Shown piece after piece: positions 18,529-27,283 of a stretch of DNA of 64,000 nt. The DNA is taken from positions 17,952-81,951 of the IMG/VR virus record IMGVR_UViG_3300027779_000018; one strand, written 5' to 3'. Below the pieces are notes generated by a model that saw nothing but the letters and a program-made list of their open reading frames with translations, had not been told where the DNA came from and did no database searches. How positions within the stretch are numbered: position 1 is the stretch's first letter; each line of letters begins with the position of its first letter. Made by a program: the position numbers and the translations under genes. The DNA is from a virus.

Positions 18529-19746
18529 ATGAGAGCAACAATCAACGCTTTTAAAACAGTCGTACCGTTTCAACAACCGACATTCAATAACAACCCACAC
18601 TATCAACTAGACTTAACAATGAGTCTCGCGGAGAGTGGCTATCCAATTTATAAGACCAAAGAGTTCCTTCTTAAGGTACTAGCTGGTGCAATAAAAACAG
18701 GACAAGTTAATAAAGATTATGATATCTTAAGTAAACTTCGTGCAAGAAAGTTTAATTTAATGAAAATGATCTCTGCAGCAGCCGAGAAGGATTTACAAAC
18801 CAAAGGTTATTCTTCAGGTAACCAAGATGTAAAAATATTGCAAGAGGTTCTCGGAGAAGGTGGTACATTTTTATATAGTTCACCATGTCCTATGGTGGTA
18901 ACTAATCCAACATCCTCAAAAGATGTGTTAGCAATTGGTGACAATAGATTTGCAGCCAAAGGAAAACTTGGATGGAAGTATGATATCACTGATGTTATAG
19001 AATTGGATTTAACAAACACAGAAGATTTTGCAATCTATAAGATGATTTCGTCTAACAGTAACAACCATCCACATCAAACTTCAATGAAAACTAAAGAAGT
19101 GACTGCATTGGTCTATGAGATGGTTTGTAGGGATACTCAATTAATTGATATGTTCAATCCAAAGAAAAATACATTTGATAAAAACAAATGTTTTGATTTC
19201 ATTAAATCATACAAAGAACCTATTACCTCAACTTCACTAAAAACAGTTCTAAAAAATGTACAAATAAAATTGAGTGAAGGAAGTCAGATTCGAGGAATGT
19301 TTAAAACCATGACATCTGATGGAGAGACTTTAAAACAAGCAACTGCTCTAGGTACAGACAAGAGAGACGATATCATAACTGTAGAAAAGGGTATGATTGA
19401 TAGGTATCTATATGACAACATCGTTAAATTAGCTGGGACTTTTAATAAACTATATGTCATTATGAAAGTAAACACTTCCGATTTTAGTATATCAGTAGAT
19501 AAGTTAAATCAGAGCAGACGTGATGCCGCACATTCTCTAAAAATAATCTCGTCAGCTGCAAGTGCAATAGCTGGATTTAAAAAAGTGGGAATCAAACAAG
19601 CATACATAGACAATGTAGTAATCTTAGGTTACTGGTCACAACACTCATCAGAGTCAGCAGAACTTCTTCAAAGAGTGGATGTTAATGGTACGATTACAAG
19701 TGTGAGTCTTGATGAAGCATTGAACCTACCATCAATGGTTGTTTAA
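18529..19746 (+). CDS. hypothetical protein, possible ParB/Srx-like domain
   Basis: P..PMVV...GDNRFAA..KLGW resembles the ParB-N G.xR motif; has its own promoter (18361-18389) and terminator. Confidence 0.6.
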   Translation: MRATINAFKTVVPFQQPTFNNNPHYQLDLTMSLAESGYPIYKTKEFLLKVLAGAIKTGQVNKDYDILSKLRARKFNLMKMISAAAEKDLQTKGYSSGNQDVKILQEVLGEGGTFLYSSPCPMVVTNPTSSKDVLAIGDNRFAAKGKLGWKYDITDVIELDLTNTEDFAIYKMISSNSNNHPHQTSMKTKEVTALVYEMVCRDTQLIDMFNPKKNTFDKNKCFDFIKSYKEPITSTSLKTVLKNVQIKLSEGSQIRGMFKTMTSDGETLKQATALGTDKRDDIITVEKGMIDRYLYDNIVKLAGTFNKLYVIMKVNTSDFSISVDKLNQSRRDAAHSLKIISSAASAIAGFKKVGIKQAYIDNVVILGYWSQHSSESAELLQRVDVNGTITSVSLDEALNLPSMVV

Positions 19747-19761
19747 TTCAAAATAAAGTTT

Positions 19762-19792
19762 AAAAAGGGGTTTACAATGACCCCTTTTTTTT
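19762..19792 (+). terminator. intrinsic terminator overlapping the next promoter's -35
   Basis: AAAAAGGGGTT-loop-GACCCCTTTTTTTT; TTTACA-18-TATAAT overlaps it. Confidence 0.8.
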
Positions 19793-19836
19793 CGTATAAT
19801 GGTATCTACTATGAAACAATACAATAAGGAAAAAAT

Positions 19837-20109
19837 ATGAATAAAGCAGGAGAATATTACGCAGAAGACCCAAAGGTCATGCAAGTCGTAAAGTTAGGTC
19901 AGGAACTAATAGCAAAAGCAGAAGATGGAACACTATTCAATGGTAATGACGATGAGTCATATAAACTATGGAATGCAGCCGTCACAGCAGGAAATCGAAT
20001 GACTACATTCGGTATGGTTTGGAGCAACTTCAAATCAATGTCACAGTTAACTAAGATCGAAGCATCAGCAGTGTTACAATATTTAGATATTAAGAGAAAG
20101 GATAAATGA
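19837..20109 (+). CDS. hypothetical early protein
   Basis: TAAGGA SD. Confidence 0.7.
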   Translation: MNKAGEYYAEDPKVMQVVKLGQELIAKAEDGTLFNGNDDESYKLWNAAVTAGNRMTTFGMVWSNFKSMSQLTKIEASAVLQYLDIKRKDK

Positions 20110-20279
20110 GGCTGATATTAGAAAACTATGGAGATGCAAGAATATTCTCAGAACGGCCCTATGGTTACAAGCGATATATCGTGGAATACAAGGATGGACG
20201 AACTGTAATGTACAGTAGTCTTTGGTATTCTCTAGAGAAAGTTAAAAAATTTGTGGAGAAAGACTTAAATGGAACCTGA
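20106..20279 (+). CDS. 57-aa hypothetical protein
   Basis: ATGA coupling; MRLILENYGDARIF... Confidence 0.6.
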   Translation: MRLILENYGDARIFSERPYGYKRYIVEYKDGRTVMYSSLWYSLEKVKKFVEKDLNGT

Positions 20280-20346
20280 AGACCATAGACCACTACTCTT
20301 ATTAGGGTTAGCTTTAGTCATAATTTATGTAGTTATTTACCTCTAA
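20269..20346 (+). CDS. 25-aa single-TM peptide
   Basis: MEPEDHRPLLLLGLALVIIYVVIYL; GGAG upstream. Confidence 0.4.
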   Translation: MEPEDHRPLLLLGLALVIIYVVIYL

Positions 20347-20350
20347 ACAC

Positions 20351-20380
20351 TTGACAATGCCCTCACTTTTTTGTTATACT
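20351..20380 (+). promoter_or_regulatory. early promoter
   Basis: TTGACA(ATG)-18-TATACT. Confidence 0.8.
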
Positions 20381-20413
20381 ATGTATATAATGAAAAATCA
20401 AGAGGAAACAAAT

Positions 20414-20818
20414 ATGAAATTATCAGAACTAGTTGAAGAAGTCAACTCAGAACAGAACCTATTAGAAAAAGTCCAACTATTATGTGATGGACTAACAGCA
20501 CAGATACATGCCGCGTATAAACATACTGCGAATAACTACTACGGCTATACAGTCGGTAAAAAATACATCAAGGTCATCTCTTATGGAAATCAGACTTCTG
20601 TTTGGGGTTTTATCAACATCAATGAATTCACTAAAGTCAGGAAAATGGAAAGAGTGAATGGTATTGTCAACAAAGAAATTACTTTCAAAGAAGGTGATGT
20701 GTTAATGTCAGCAGGTTGGAACACTCCAGCACTGAATATGGCAAGAGGAAACCTTTTAACCACCGCAGGATATCCTGTTCATCAAGGTAACCAACACGGC
20801 CCTAGTTACCTAATATAA
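20414..20818 (+). CDS. conserved phage early protein
   Basis: GKKYIKV...SVWGFI...GDVLM.AGW.TPA..ARGN; GAGGA SD. Confidence 0.75.
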   Translation: MKLSELVEEVNSEQNLLEKVQLLCDGLTAQIHAAYKHTANNYYGYTVGKKYIKVISYGNQTSVWGFININEFTKVRKMERVNGIVNKEITFKEGDVLMSAGWNTPALNMARGNLLTTAGYPVHQGNQHGPSYLI

Positions 20819-20820
20819 AC

Positions 20821-20850
20821 TTGACAATGGGTGTCACTTTTTGGTATACT
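20821..20850 (+). promoter_or_regulatory. early promoter
   Basis: TTGACA(ATG)-18-TATACT. Confidence 0.8.
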
Positions 20851-20883
20851 AGTAGAGTAGAGAAATAAAGAGATAAACAAATT

Positions 20884-21111
20884 ATGATAACATTAGAAAG
20901 ACAATCCATGTTAACAGGTAACACCAGTTCAATGGAATTAAACACAACACAGGAGAAGATCGATATCTTCTTTGATGAATCTCAGAGACAAACAAGACCC
21001 TTTATTCAAGACTTGTTCTCAGAGTTGACTCAAGATGAACGAGAGTTTATTCAAACAGGAGCAACTCCGAAAGAGTGGTCAGATTTAGAGCAAACAGTGA
21101 GAGCAATATGA
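20884..21111 (+). CDS. hypothetical protein
   Basis: IQDLF..LT.DEREFI.TG.TP.EW motif. Confidence 0.7.
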   Translation: MITLERQSMLTGNTSSMELNTTQEKIDIFFDESQRQTRPFIQDLFSELTQDEREFIQTGATPKEWSDLEQTVRAI

Positions 21112-21452
21112 ATATAGAAAATGCAAATAAAGAAATAAATAAATTAGAAGACAAGTCTTGGGACTTGGAGTTATTGATATCACAAGTGAACGATAAGACT
21201 AAGGAAATCAAATACAATGATGTTCCTAGTGATATCTATCTTTCGATTATGACTCTCGCAGAAGAGGGTGGTATTGACGAATCAGAACTTGAGTACAAGA
21301 TTGACGAAGTCAGAAAAAAAGTCAATGCACTTGAGTCTGCAATTTACGATTTAGTCGAACCCTTTGACGATAAGAAAAGAGAGATCGATAATGCAAAAGA
21401 TGAAATCGAGTGTGACATCTCAGATTACGAATACGAGAAGAAGCATTGTTAA
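21108..21452 (+). CDS. acidic coiled-coil protein
   Basis: ATGA coupling; heptad pattern. Confidence 0.7.
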   Translation: MNIENANKEINKLEDKSWDLELLISQVNDKTKEIKYNDVPSDIYLSIMTLAEEGGIDESELEYKIDEVRKKVNALESAIYDLVEPFDDKKREIDNAKDEIECDISDYEYEKKHC

Positions 21453-21482
21453 ATACAACTGGAATAGTTAGAGGATAGAGTT

Positions 21483-21851
21483 ATGAGTCATATACCAAGT
21501 AGCAAAGTTTTTGTCTTAGGTGGGGTACAGAAAACCTACCACTTCTCAAATGGATACGGTGCAAGTGTAGTGTGTCATAATGGTTCTTATGGGGGCCCTT
21601 ACATTCAGAATTCAGATAAAAACTTATGGGAACTTGCAGTACTAGATGGGGATGATATCACATATCACACACCTATAACACAAGATGTTGTTGGTCACCA
21701 ATCTGAATCTGAAGTTGAAATTTTACTCAAAGAGATATCAGAGTTAACACGAGAAATAGTTGAGAAAGAAGAACAGGAATATCAGTTCGCAGCTCAACAC
21801 GCAGAACAAGATTACATTGATGAATATGGAGAAGACGATGTCAACCGATGA
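21483..21851 (+). CDS. conserved phage protein
   Basis: FSNGYGASVV...SYGG...LWELAVL...TPIT.DVVG. Confidence 0.75.
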   Translation: MSHIPSSKVFVLGGVQKTYHFSNGYGASVVCHNGSYGGPYIQNSDKNLWELAVLDGDDITYHTPITQDVVGHQSESEVEILLKEISELTREIVEKEEQEYQFAAQHAEQDYIDEYGEDDVNR

Positions 21852-22029
21852 TAAAAAAGTAGAAGCATTTAAAAAACAGCAGGTTGATGATGCAATTAAC
21901 CGATTGCTTTATGGAACAGCCAATGCACAAGACATGGCACCTGAAGTTTCAGACGTTCCTAATAGTAATTGTCTATGTGGACACTTTAATTGTCCTGATG
22001 AATATGCACATACAACGAGTGGGTATTAA
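21838..22029 (+). CDS. hypothetical protein with a Cys/His-rich C-terminus
   Basis: CLCG...C..EYAHTTSGY; GGAG SD. Confidence 0.6.
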   Translation: MSTDDKKVEAFKKQQVDDAINRLLYGTANAQDMAPEVSDVPNSNCLCGHFNCPDEYAHTTSGY

Positions 22030-22030
22030 T

Positions 22031-22546
22031 ATGTATTGCTTTAACAACATGCAGAAGTACAAATACCTAAGTCTTTTTATACTGGGTTTTGGTTTTGGAT
22101 TTTTCACAGGGAATGCTCAAGCATCTGATGAAAACGGTGATGCATTTTGTCTTGCACAAAACATCTATTTTGAAAGTGGTAATCAACCTCTTGCAGGGAA
22201 GATCGCAGTTGCACAGGTAGTGCAAAACAGGATGAATGACTTTCAGTTTCCTGATACAATATGTGATGTAGTGTATCAATCCTACACTAGGGTTAACTGG
22301 AAAGGTAACGTAGTTCCACAACGTGGAAGGTGTCAGTTTAGTTGGTATTGTGACGGCAAGTCAGATGAACCAGTTGACTCAGTTACTTGGATTGAATCCA
22401 TGGGAATTGCACGAAGGGTTCTAGCTGGTGAATGGGGTGACATCACAGAAGGTGGCCTTTACTATCACGCAGATTACATCTATCCTTACTGGGCATCCTC
22501 TTTAAATGAAACCGTAATTATTAACAACCACATATTTTACAAATGA
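22031..22546 (+). CDS. SleB/Hydrolase_2 cell wall hydrolase
   Basis: CLAQNIYFES, AVAQVVQNR, ICDVVYQ, CQFSWYCDGK, YYHADY..PYWA, HIFY; N-terminal TM. Confidence 0.9.
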   Translation: MYCFNNMQKYKYLSLFILGFGFGFFTGNAQASDENGDAFCLAQNIYFESGNQPLAGKIAVAQVVQNRMNDFQFPDTICDVVYQSYTRVNWKGNVVPQRGRCQFSWYCDGKSDEPVDSVTWIESMGIARRVLAGEWGDITEGGLYYHADYIYPYWASSLNETVIINNHIFYK

Positions 22547-22842
22547 AACAATTAGATTTATTAGACTCACTTAAACCACCAAGGGGTGGCATAGACAAAC
22601 AAGAATTTGCACTGATATTAGATGCCGAAGGTAACTTCAAACAGTATGCACATGGAACCTATGAAGAGATTGAGTATTATTGTGAACAGAATAACTGTTG
22701 GGTAGATAAGTATCTTAATTATGTTGCACCACATGTAGTGAGGCAAGGATTTGATTATATCGGTAGTGGGCCAGGCCATTATGAACTACAAAGAGGATTT
22801 AATTACGATACTTCCGAAAAGGTAGTTGACGATAGCTTCTAA
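22543..22842 (+). CDS. hypothetical protein
   Basis: ATGA coupling. Confidence 0.65.
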   Translation: MKQLDLLDSLKPPRGGIDKQEFALILDAEGNFKQYAHGTYEEIEYYCEQNNCWVDKYLNYVAPHVVRQGFDYIGSGPGHYELQRGFNYDTSEKVVDDSF

Positions 22843-22878
22843 GTATGTTATACTTGATGTAACAAAAGGAAACAACCC

Positions 22879-23187
22879 ATGCCAATTTATGAATTTGAGA
22901 ATCTAGAGACTAATGAATGTTTTGAACTTCTCTTATCCTTTTCAGGAAAAGATGAATACCTGAAAGACAACCCCAATATTGCACAACGACATTTTAAAGC
23001 ACCTAATATTGTAGGTGGTCATGGTGATCGTGTAAAGGTAGATGATGGGTTTAAAGCAGTTCTATCAAAAGTTGGTGAAGCATATCCCGGCTCAAATTTA
23101 GATAAACAAGTAAACAAACAAACAGCCAAGTCCATAAAGACACGAGGTATTGTCGAAAAACATATGGACATACAGGGTAAAAAGTAG
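22879..23187 (+). CDS. FmdB-like small regulatory protein
   Basis: MPIYEF...YL..NP N-terminus typical of T4-like marine phages. Confidence 0.65.
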   Translation: MPIYEFENLETNECFELLLSFSGKDEYLKDNPNIAQRHFKAPNIVGGHGDRVKVDDGFKAVLSKVGEAYPGSNLDKQVNKQTAKSIKTRGIVEKHMDIQGKK

Positions 23188-23199
23188 TAAAATATAACT

Positions 23200-23862
23200 A
23201 TGGAAAATTTAATAGCATTAGGTGATTTAGAATCACTACCAATGAATCGAATATCAGAGAACGGTAAGAGATTTTATCTTACACCTGAAGGTCAGAAATA
23301 TCCAAGTGTCACAACTGTCACTGGATTACTTTCAGGAGATCATATCAAGTTGTGGAGAGAACGAGTCGGTGAAGAAGAAGCCAACCGTATCTCAAATGCA
23401 GCTACAAAACGAGGGACAAGAATGCACTCGTTGTTTGAACAGTATCTTCGTGCAGAAGAAGATGTTACATTTGATAACATTATGGAATCATCTATGTTCG
23501 AAGCTGTCCAACCTATGTTGGATGAGATTATTCCAATTGCATTGGAAGCACCATTACACTCTAATTATTTACAGATGGCAGGACAAGTAGATTGTGTTGG
23601 TATCTTTGATAACCAGTTATGTGTAATAGATTTTAAAACCTCATCCAAGTACAAGGAAGAGTACATGGCAGAACCGTGGTTTCATCAGATGACTGCATAT
23701 GCAATTATGGTAGAAGAACTTACAGGTGAAGAGGTAGCAGAAATTATAGCTATCGTTGGAGTCGATGGTGGTGGGTGTCAGGTGTTTACAGCCGACCCAA
23801 GAGAGTATGTGGACAAACTCACTGAGTTGAGAAACAGATATAGAATTTTATATGGAGTATAA
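23200..23862 (+). CDS. PD-(D/E)xK exonuclease (Cas4/RecB-like)
   Basis: YPSVTTV, WRERVGEEEA, RGT.MH, AGQVD, IDFKTS, Q..AYA. Confidence 0.88.
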   Translation: MENLIALGDLESLPMNRISENGKRFYLTPEGQKYPSVTTVTGLLSGDHIKLWRERVGEEEANRISNAATKRGTRMHSLFEQYLRAEEDVTFDNIMESSMFEAVQPMLDEIIPIALEAPLHSNYLQMAGQVDCVGIFDNQLCVIDFKTSSKYKEEYMAEPWFHQMTAYAIMVEELTGEEVAEIIAIVGVDGGGCQVFTADPREYVDKLTELRNRYRILYGV

Positions 23863-23864
23863 AG

Positions 23865-24098
23865 ATGATAAGTAAAAAAGAATTCACAGAGCAGGTCGAA
23901 CAGATTCTTCTCAGATCAAACACAGACGTAATGGACGCAATCATTACAGTGTGTGATAAGAATAATATGGAACCTGAATCTGCAAAGAGATTTATATCAC
24001 AACCCCTGAAGGAGAAACTTGAAGCAGAAGCACAAGGTCTCAATATGGTTAATCGTGGTAAGTCAGGTCGTGGTAGTATAGTTGGTTTTTTCGAATAG
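23865..24098 (+). CDS. 33: gp33 late-transcription co-activator
   Basis: F...VE...DAII..C..N..EPES....IS..LKEKL..EA..LN; sits before gp59. Confidence 0.85.
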   Translation: MISKKEFTEQVEQILLRSNTDVMDAIITVCDKNNMEPESAKRFISQPLKEKLEAEAQGLNMVNRGKSGRGSIVGFFE

Positions 24099-24107
24099 GA
24101 GTTAATA

Positions 24108-24386
24108 ATGAAAAAAGGTGATATCGTAACAGTGGTTACAATTAGTGGAGAGTACGTTGGAAAACTAGTCTCACTTGAAGACGCAACAGTAGAGTTGAAA
24201 GACCCTAAAATGATTTTATCAAATCCAACTGATGGTAGTATGGGATTTGCAAAAGGACTAGCTGCAACAGGAATGGAAAATCCTACATCAGCAGTATTCC
24301 AACAAGTAGTATTTGTAGTTCCTACAAATGAGAAAGTAGCAGAGGCCCACTTAACTGCAACAAGTGGATTGGTGTTAGCGAAGTAG
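24108..24386 (+). CDS. small beta-rich (Sm-like) hypothetical protein
   Basis: GDIVTV....GEYVGKL; C-terminal TSGLV. Confidence 0.65.
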   Translation: MKKGDIVTVVTISGEYVGKLVSLEDATVELKDPKMILSNPTDGSMGFAKGLAATGMENPTSAVFQQVVFVVPTNEKVAEAHLTATSGLVLAK

Positions 24387-24980
24387 ATGACGAGTCGTGA
24401 TGGTTACGATGCATACACATTATACCTTGGTATAAAATTGCACTTCCATTCTGAGAGTTACGATTTCGTTAAGTATAACGGAAAGGTTAAATCAGACATC
24501 AACTCATTTTTAAAAAGAAAGGACAAATACCATTTCGGTAAGTTGTTCAAAACTTATAAACAAGACCTACAAGATTTTTATATAGCAAACCTATCCTTTA
24601 AAGATTATTGGGCAGGTGACTTGTTGGATAAAGAATGTGACAAACGGTACAAGGAATGGAAGAACCGTAATCAGAAACTTGGTTACATGTTTGAAACCGA
24701 AGTGTCCGATCTGTTGGGGAAGTTTAAAATTGAGACACAACTTAAGGTTGTCAATGGTCAACATCCTCGTCTACTCAAAGCATACATGAGTAAACAGATA
24801 AGTCTAGAAACTATTTGTATCATGGATGAGATAATAGGTTTCACTAAAGATTGGGACACACTTATATCTGAACAGATAGTGTATCCTGATTTACGAATAA
24901 AGATAAACAAGTACAAGTCATTCCTTACATATGACCAATCCAAATACAAGACTAAACTTATAGAATTATGTACGAAGTAA
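24387..24980 (+). CDS. 59: gp59 helicase loader
   Basis: Y..YL.IK.HF...YDF.KY.G....F.KRKDKY.F.KL; ISLET; synteny 33-59-32. Confidence 0.85.
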   Translation: MTSRDGYDAYTLYLGIKLHFHSESYDFVKYNGKVKSDINSFLKRKDKYHFGKLFKTYKQDLQDFYIANLSFKDYWAGDLLDKECDKRYKEWKNRNQKLGYMFETEVSDLLGKFKIETQLKVVNGQHPRLLKAYMSKQISLETICIMDEIIGFTKDWDTLISEQIVYPDLRIKINKYKSFLTYDQSKYKTKLIELCTK

Positions 24981-25690
24981 CAATTGTAGGAAACGGCCCA
25001 AGTCGATTGGGTTGTGATCTTAGTAATATAACCCATGAAGTGTGGGGGTGTAATGCAATCTTCCGTGACACTAAAGATTGTGATATAGTGTTTGCAGTTG
25101 ACATGCCAATGCAGAAAGAGATAGTCGAGTCGGGTTACTATAGAGGTAACCTAGTTGCATTCGCAGATATAGAACCATTGGATATTATGATGATGGAGTT
25201 GATGAAGCCCGGCTTTGAATATACACATAGTGTCAATGTTAGTGTCAAAGATGATGATACTCATTTTATTATTCAGGGAAATGCAACCGAAACAGATTTT
25301 TTGGGTCTTGTAAATCCCCATCTCATTGTTACATATAACGATACAATGTTAAGAAATTTATTGACTGGAATGTCTGCATTAGGATTTGCAATGTTACAGG
25401 GATATGAAAGAATCAACCTAATCGGGTTTGATGGTTTGGAACACTTAGGTGAACCAGCAAATATTTATGAAGGTAGTATTAACTATCCGACTAAATACAC
25501 AACAGAGGATTCTGTACTTAGTGTACAGAGGTCTCAGTTCATAGCACTACTAGAATGGTACTATGGAAAAGGTTCAATATACTGGCAAAACCCTCTAGAC
25601 AAAGAGGACGAAATCAAGTATAATGAACTATCTTATTATGAAATAAGTGAAGAATGGATTTTAGGTCAAGGCTTGAAATCTTTAATATGA
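24968..25690 (+). CDS. Rossmann-like protein (DUF115/sialyltransferase-like)
   Basis: IVGNGPSR, WGCNA, FAVD, I.LIGFD motifs. Confidence 0.65.
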   Translation: MYEVTIVGNGPSRLGCDLSNITHEVWGCNAIFRDTKDCDIVFAVDMPMQKEIVESGYYRGNLVAFADIEPLDIMMMELMKPGFEYTHSVNVSVKDDDTHFIIQGNATETDFLGLVNPHLIVTYNDTMLRNLLTGMSALGFAMLQGYERINLIGFDGLEHLGEPANIYEGSINYPTKYTTEDSVLSVQRSQFIALLEWYYGKGSIYWQNPLDKEDEIKYNELSYYEISEEWILGQGLKSLI

Positions 25691-25730
25691 TAAAATTGTT
25701 AATAAAATTGTAATACAATAGGAGAATACA

Positions 25731-26630
25731 ATGTCAAGTAGTTTAGATAAACTAAGAGCAGCAATGGAAACTGCTTCCCCATCTGATGGTGGAAAACAAA
25801 AATCCTTTAATGACGAAAGAGTGTGGAAACCTGAACTGGATAAAACTGGTAATGGATATGCAGTAGTTCGTTTTTTACCAACCCCCGATGGAGAAGAGAT
25901 GCCTTGGGTATCTTATTTCGATCATGGCTTTCAAGGGCCAGGTGGATGGTATATTGAGAAGTCTTTAACGACTCTTAATAAAAAAGACCCTGTAAGTGAA
26001 TATAACACTTCGTTATGGAACACTGGAATTGAAGCAAACAAAGAGATTGCAAGGAAACAAAAACGCAGACTGCATTATGTTTCTAATGTCTATGTTGTTT
26101 CTGATCCTAAGAATCCTGATAACGAAGGTAAAGTGTTCATGTATAGGTTCGGAAAGAAAATCTTCGAACAGTTAAAAGAAGCAATCTCACCAGCATTTGA
26201 AGATGAGAAAGCAATCAATCCTTTTGACTTAAGAGATGAAGGTGCAAACTTCAAAATCAAAATTAGAAAAGTTGATGGTTATTGGAACTACGACAAATCT
26301 GAGTTTGATGCAACAGCACCTTTGTTTGATGATGAGGCAAAACTAAACTCAGTGTTTAGTCAAGTGCATTCATTGTCAGGTGTAATTGCCCCAAGTGAAT
26401 TCAAGTCTTATGAAGAACTCAAAGAGAAGCTTCAACGAGTACTTGGAACTGTTGGGTCAACATCTACTGCTGAATCAGTTGCAGAAGACATGGACGAAGT
26501 TCCGTGGGCTAATGTGAATACTGAGACAGTAGCAGTTGAACCAGTAATTGAAAGTGTATCCCCTTCGGCTGGAACTAGTTCCGATGAAGTAGATGCAATG
26601 GATTACTTTAAGAAGTTAGCTCAAGACTAA
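25731..26630 (+). CDS. 32: gp32 single-stranded DNA-binding protein
   Basis: DKTGNGYAVVRFLP, HGFQGPGGWYIE, FGKKIF, GANFKIK, NYDKSEF, acidic tail YFKKLA. Confidence 0.97.
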   Translation: MSSSLDKLRAAMETASPSDGGKQKSFNDERVWKPELDKTGNGYAVVRFLPTPDGEEMPWVSYFDHGFQGPGGWYIEKSLTTLNKKDPVSEYNTSLWNTGIEANKEIARKQKRRLHYVSNVYVVSDPKNPDNEGKVFMYRFGKKIFEQLKEAISPAFEDEKAINPFDLRDEGANFKIKIRKVDGYWNYDKSEFDATAPLFDDEAKLNSVFSQVHSLSGVIAPSEFKSYEELKEKLQRVLGTVGSTSTAESVAEDMDEVPWANVNTETVAVEPVIESVSPSAGTSSDEVDAMDYFKKLAQD

Positions 26631-26638
26631 CTTCGATT

Positions 26639-26802
26639 GGGGTGCATAGGTTTTAATTATGAATATTTGTGATAAGTCTATGCATTCACTGAGACCGTGG
26701 ATTAAGGGGGTACTCAGTAAGGGTAAGGTTGACAGCATTAAAGCGGGTCAATCGGTGTGGAGCGGGTATGCTGTAAGGCGTGGGGCGACTACACACTTTT
26801 TT
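26639..26802 (+). ncRNA. candidate structured RNA between gp32 and bS21
   Basis: GC-rich intergenic region with four stems, ending in a T-run. Confidence 0.5.
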
Positions 26803-26826
26803 AATATAGATAGAATAGGACTTTAA

Positions 26827-27069
26827 ATGCCACAAGTAACACCGAAATACAATCCTAAGACGAGACAGTCAGAATCGTTTGATGGATTATTACGGCGTTT
26901 TAAAAAGGCATGTGACAATGCAGGGATTATTCAAGAAGTCCGTGACAGGGAATATTACGAGAAACCTAATCAGGTTAAACATAAGAAACTTCAGCAACAA
27001 AAGAGACGTAAGAAACTTGAAGCAATTAAGAAATCTAAAGAGAGTGGTCGTTCTCGACATCCTTGGTGA
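26827..27069 (+). CDS. rpsU: ribosomal protein bS21
   Basis: MPQV...[12 protein letters not shown]....[15 protein letters not shown]. Confidence 0.92.
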   Translation: MPQVTPKYNPKTRQSESFDGLLRRFKKACDNAGIIQEVRDREYYEKPNQVKHKKLQQQKRRKKLEAIKKSKESGRSRHPW

Positions 27070-27075
27070 TAGATC

Positions 27076-27282
27076 ATGAATCCCATCAATGGCAAGGGGT
27101 CTAAGAGAAGACCCGAATCAGGTAATTCCTACGGTGATAATTGGGAGTTAATCTATGGAAAGACAAATCCAGTTAAAAAGAATATGGATAAATTTCATAA
27201 ACCTTCAACCCATCCTGATAAAACTAAGTATAACCGAAAGGTAACTAAAGCAGATATCCTTAAAGGGCCTGACTTTAGCTAA
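27076..27282 (+). CDS. small basic hypothetical protein
   Basis: GKGSKRRP...NWELIYG...HPDKTKYNRK. Confidence 0.65.
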   Translation: MNPINGKGSKRRPESGNSYGDNWELIYGKTNPVKKNMDKFHKPSTHPDKTKYNRKVTKADILKGPDFS

Positions 27283-27283
27283 C

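Noticed and set aside
23200-23862. CRISPR-Cas locus (Cas4-like gene)
   Set aside because: This is a stand-alone exonuclease usual in this position in marine T4-like phages. No other cas genes or array are present.
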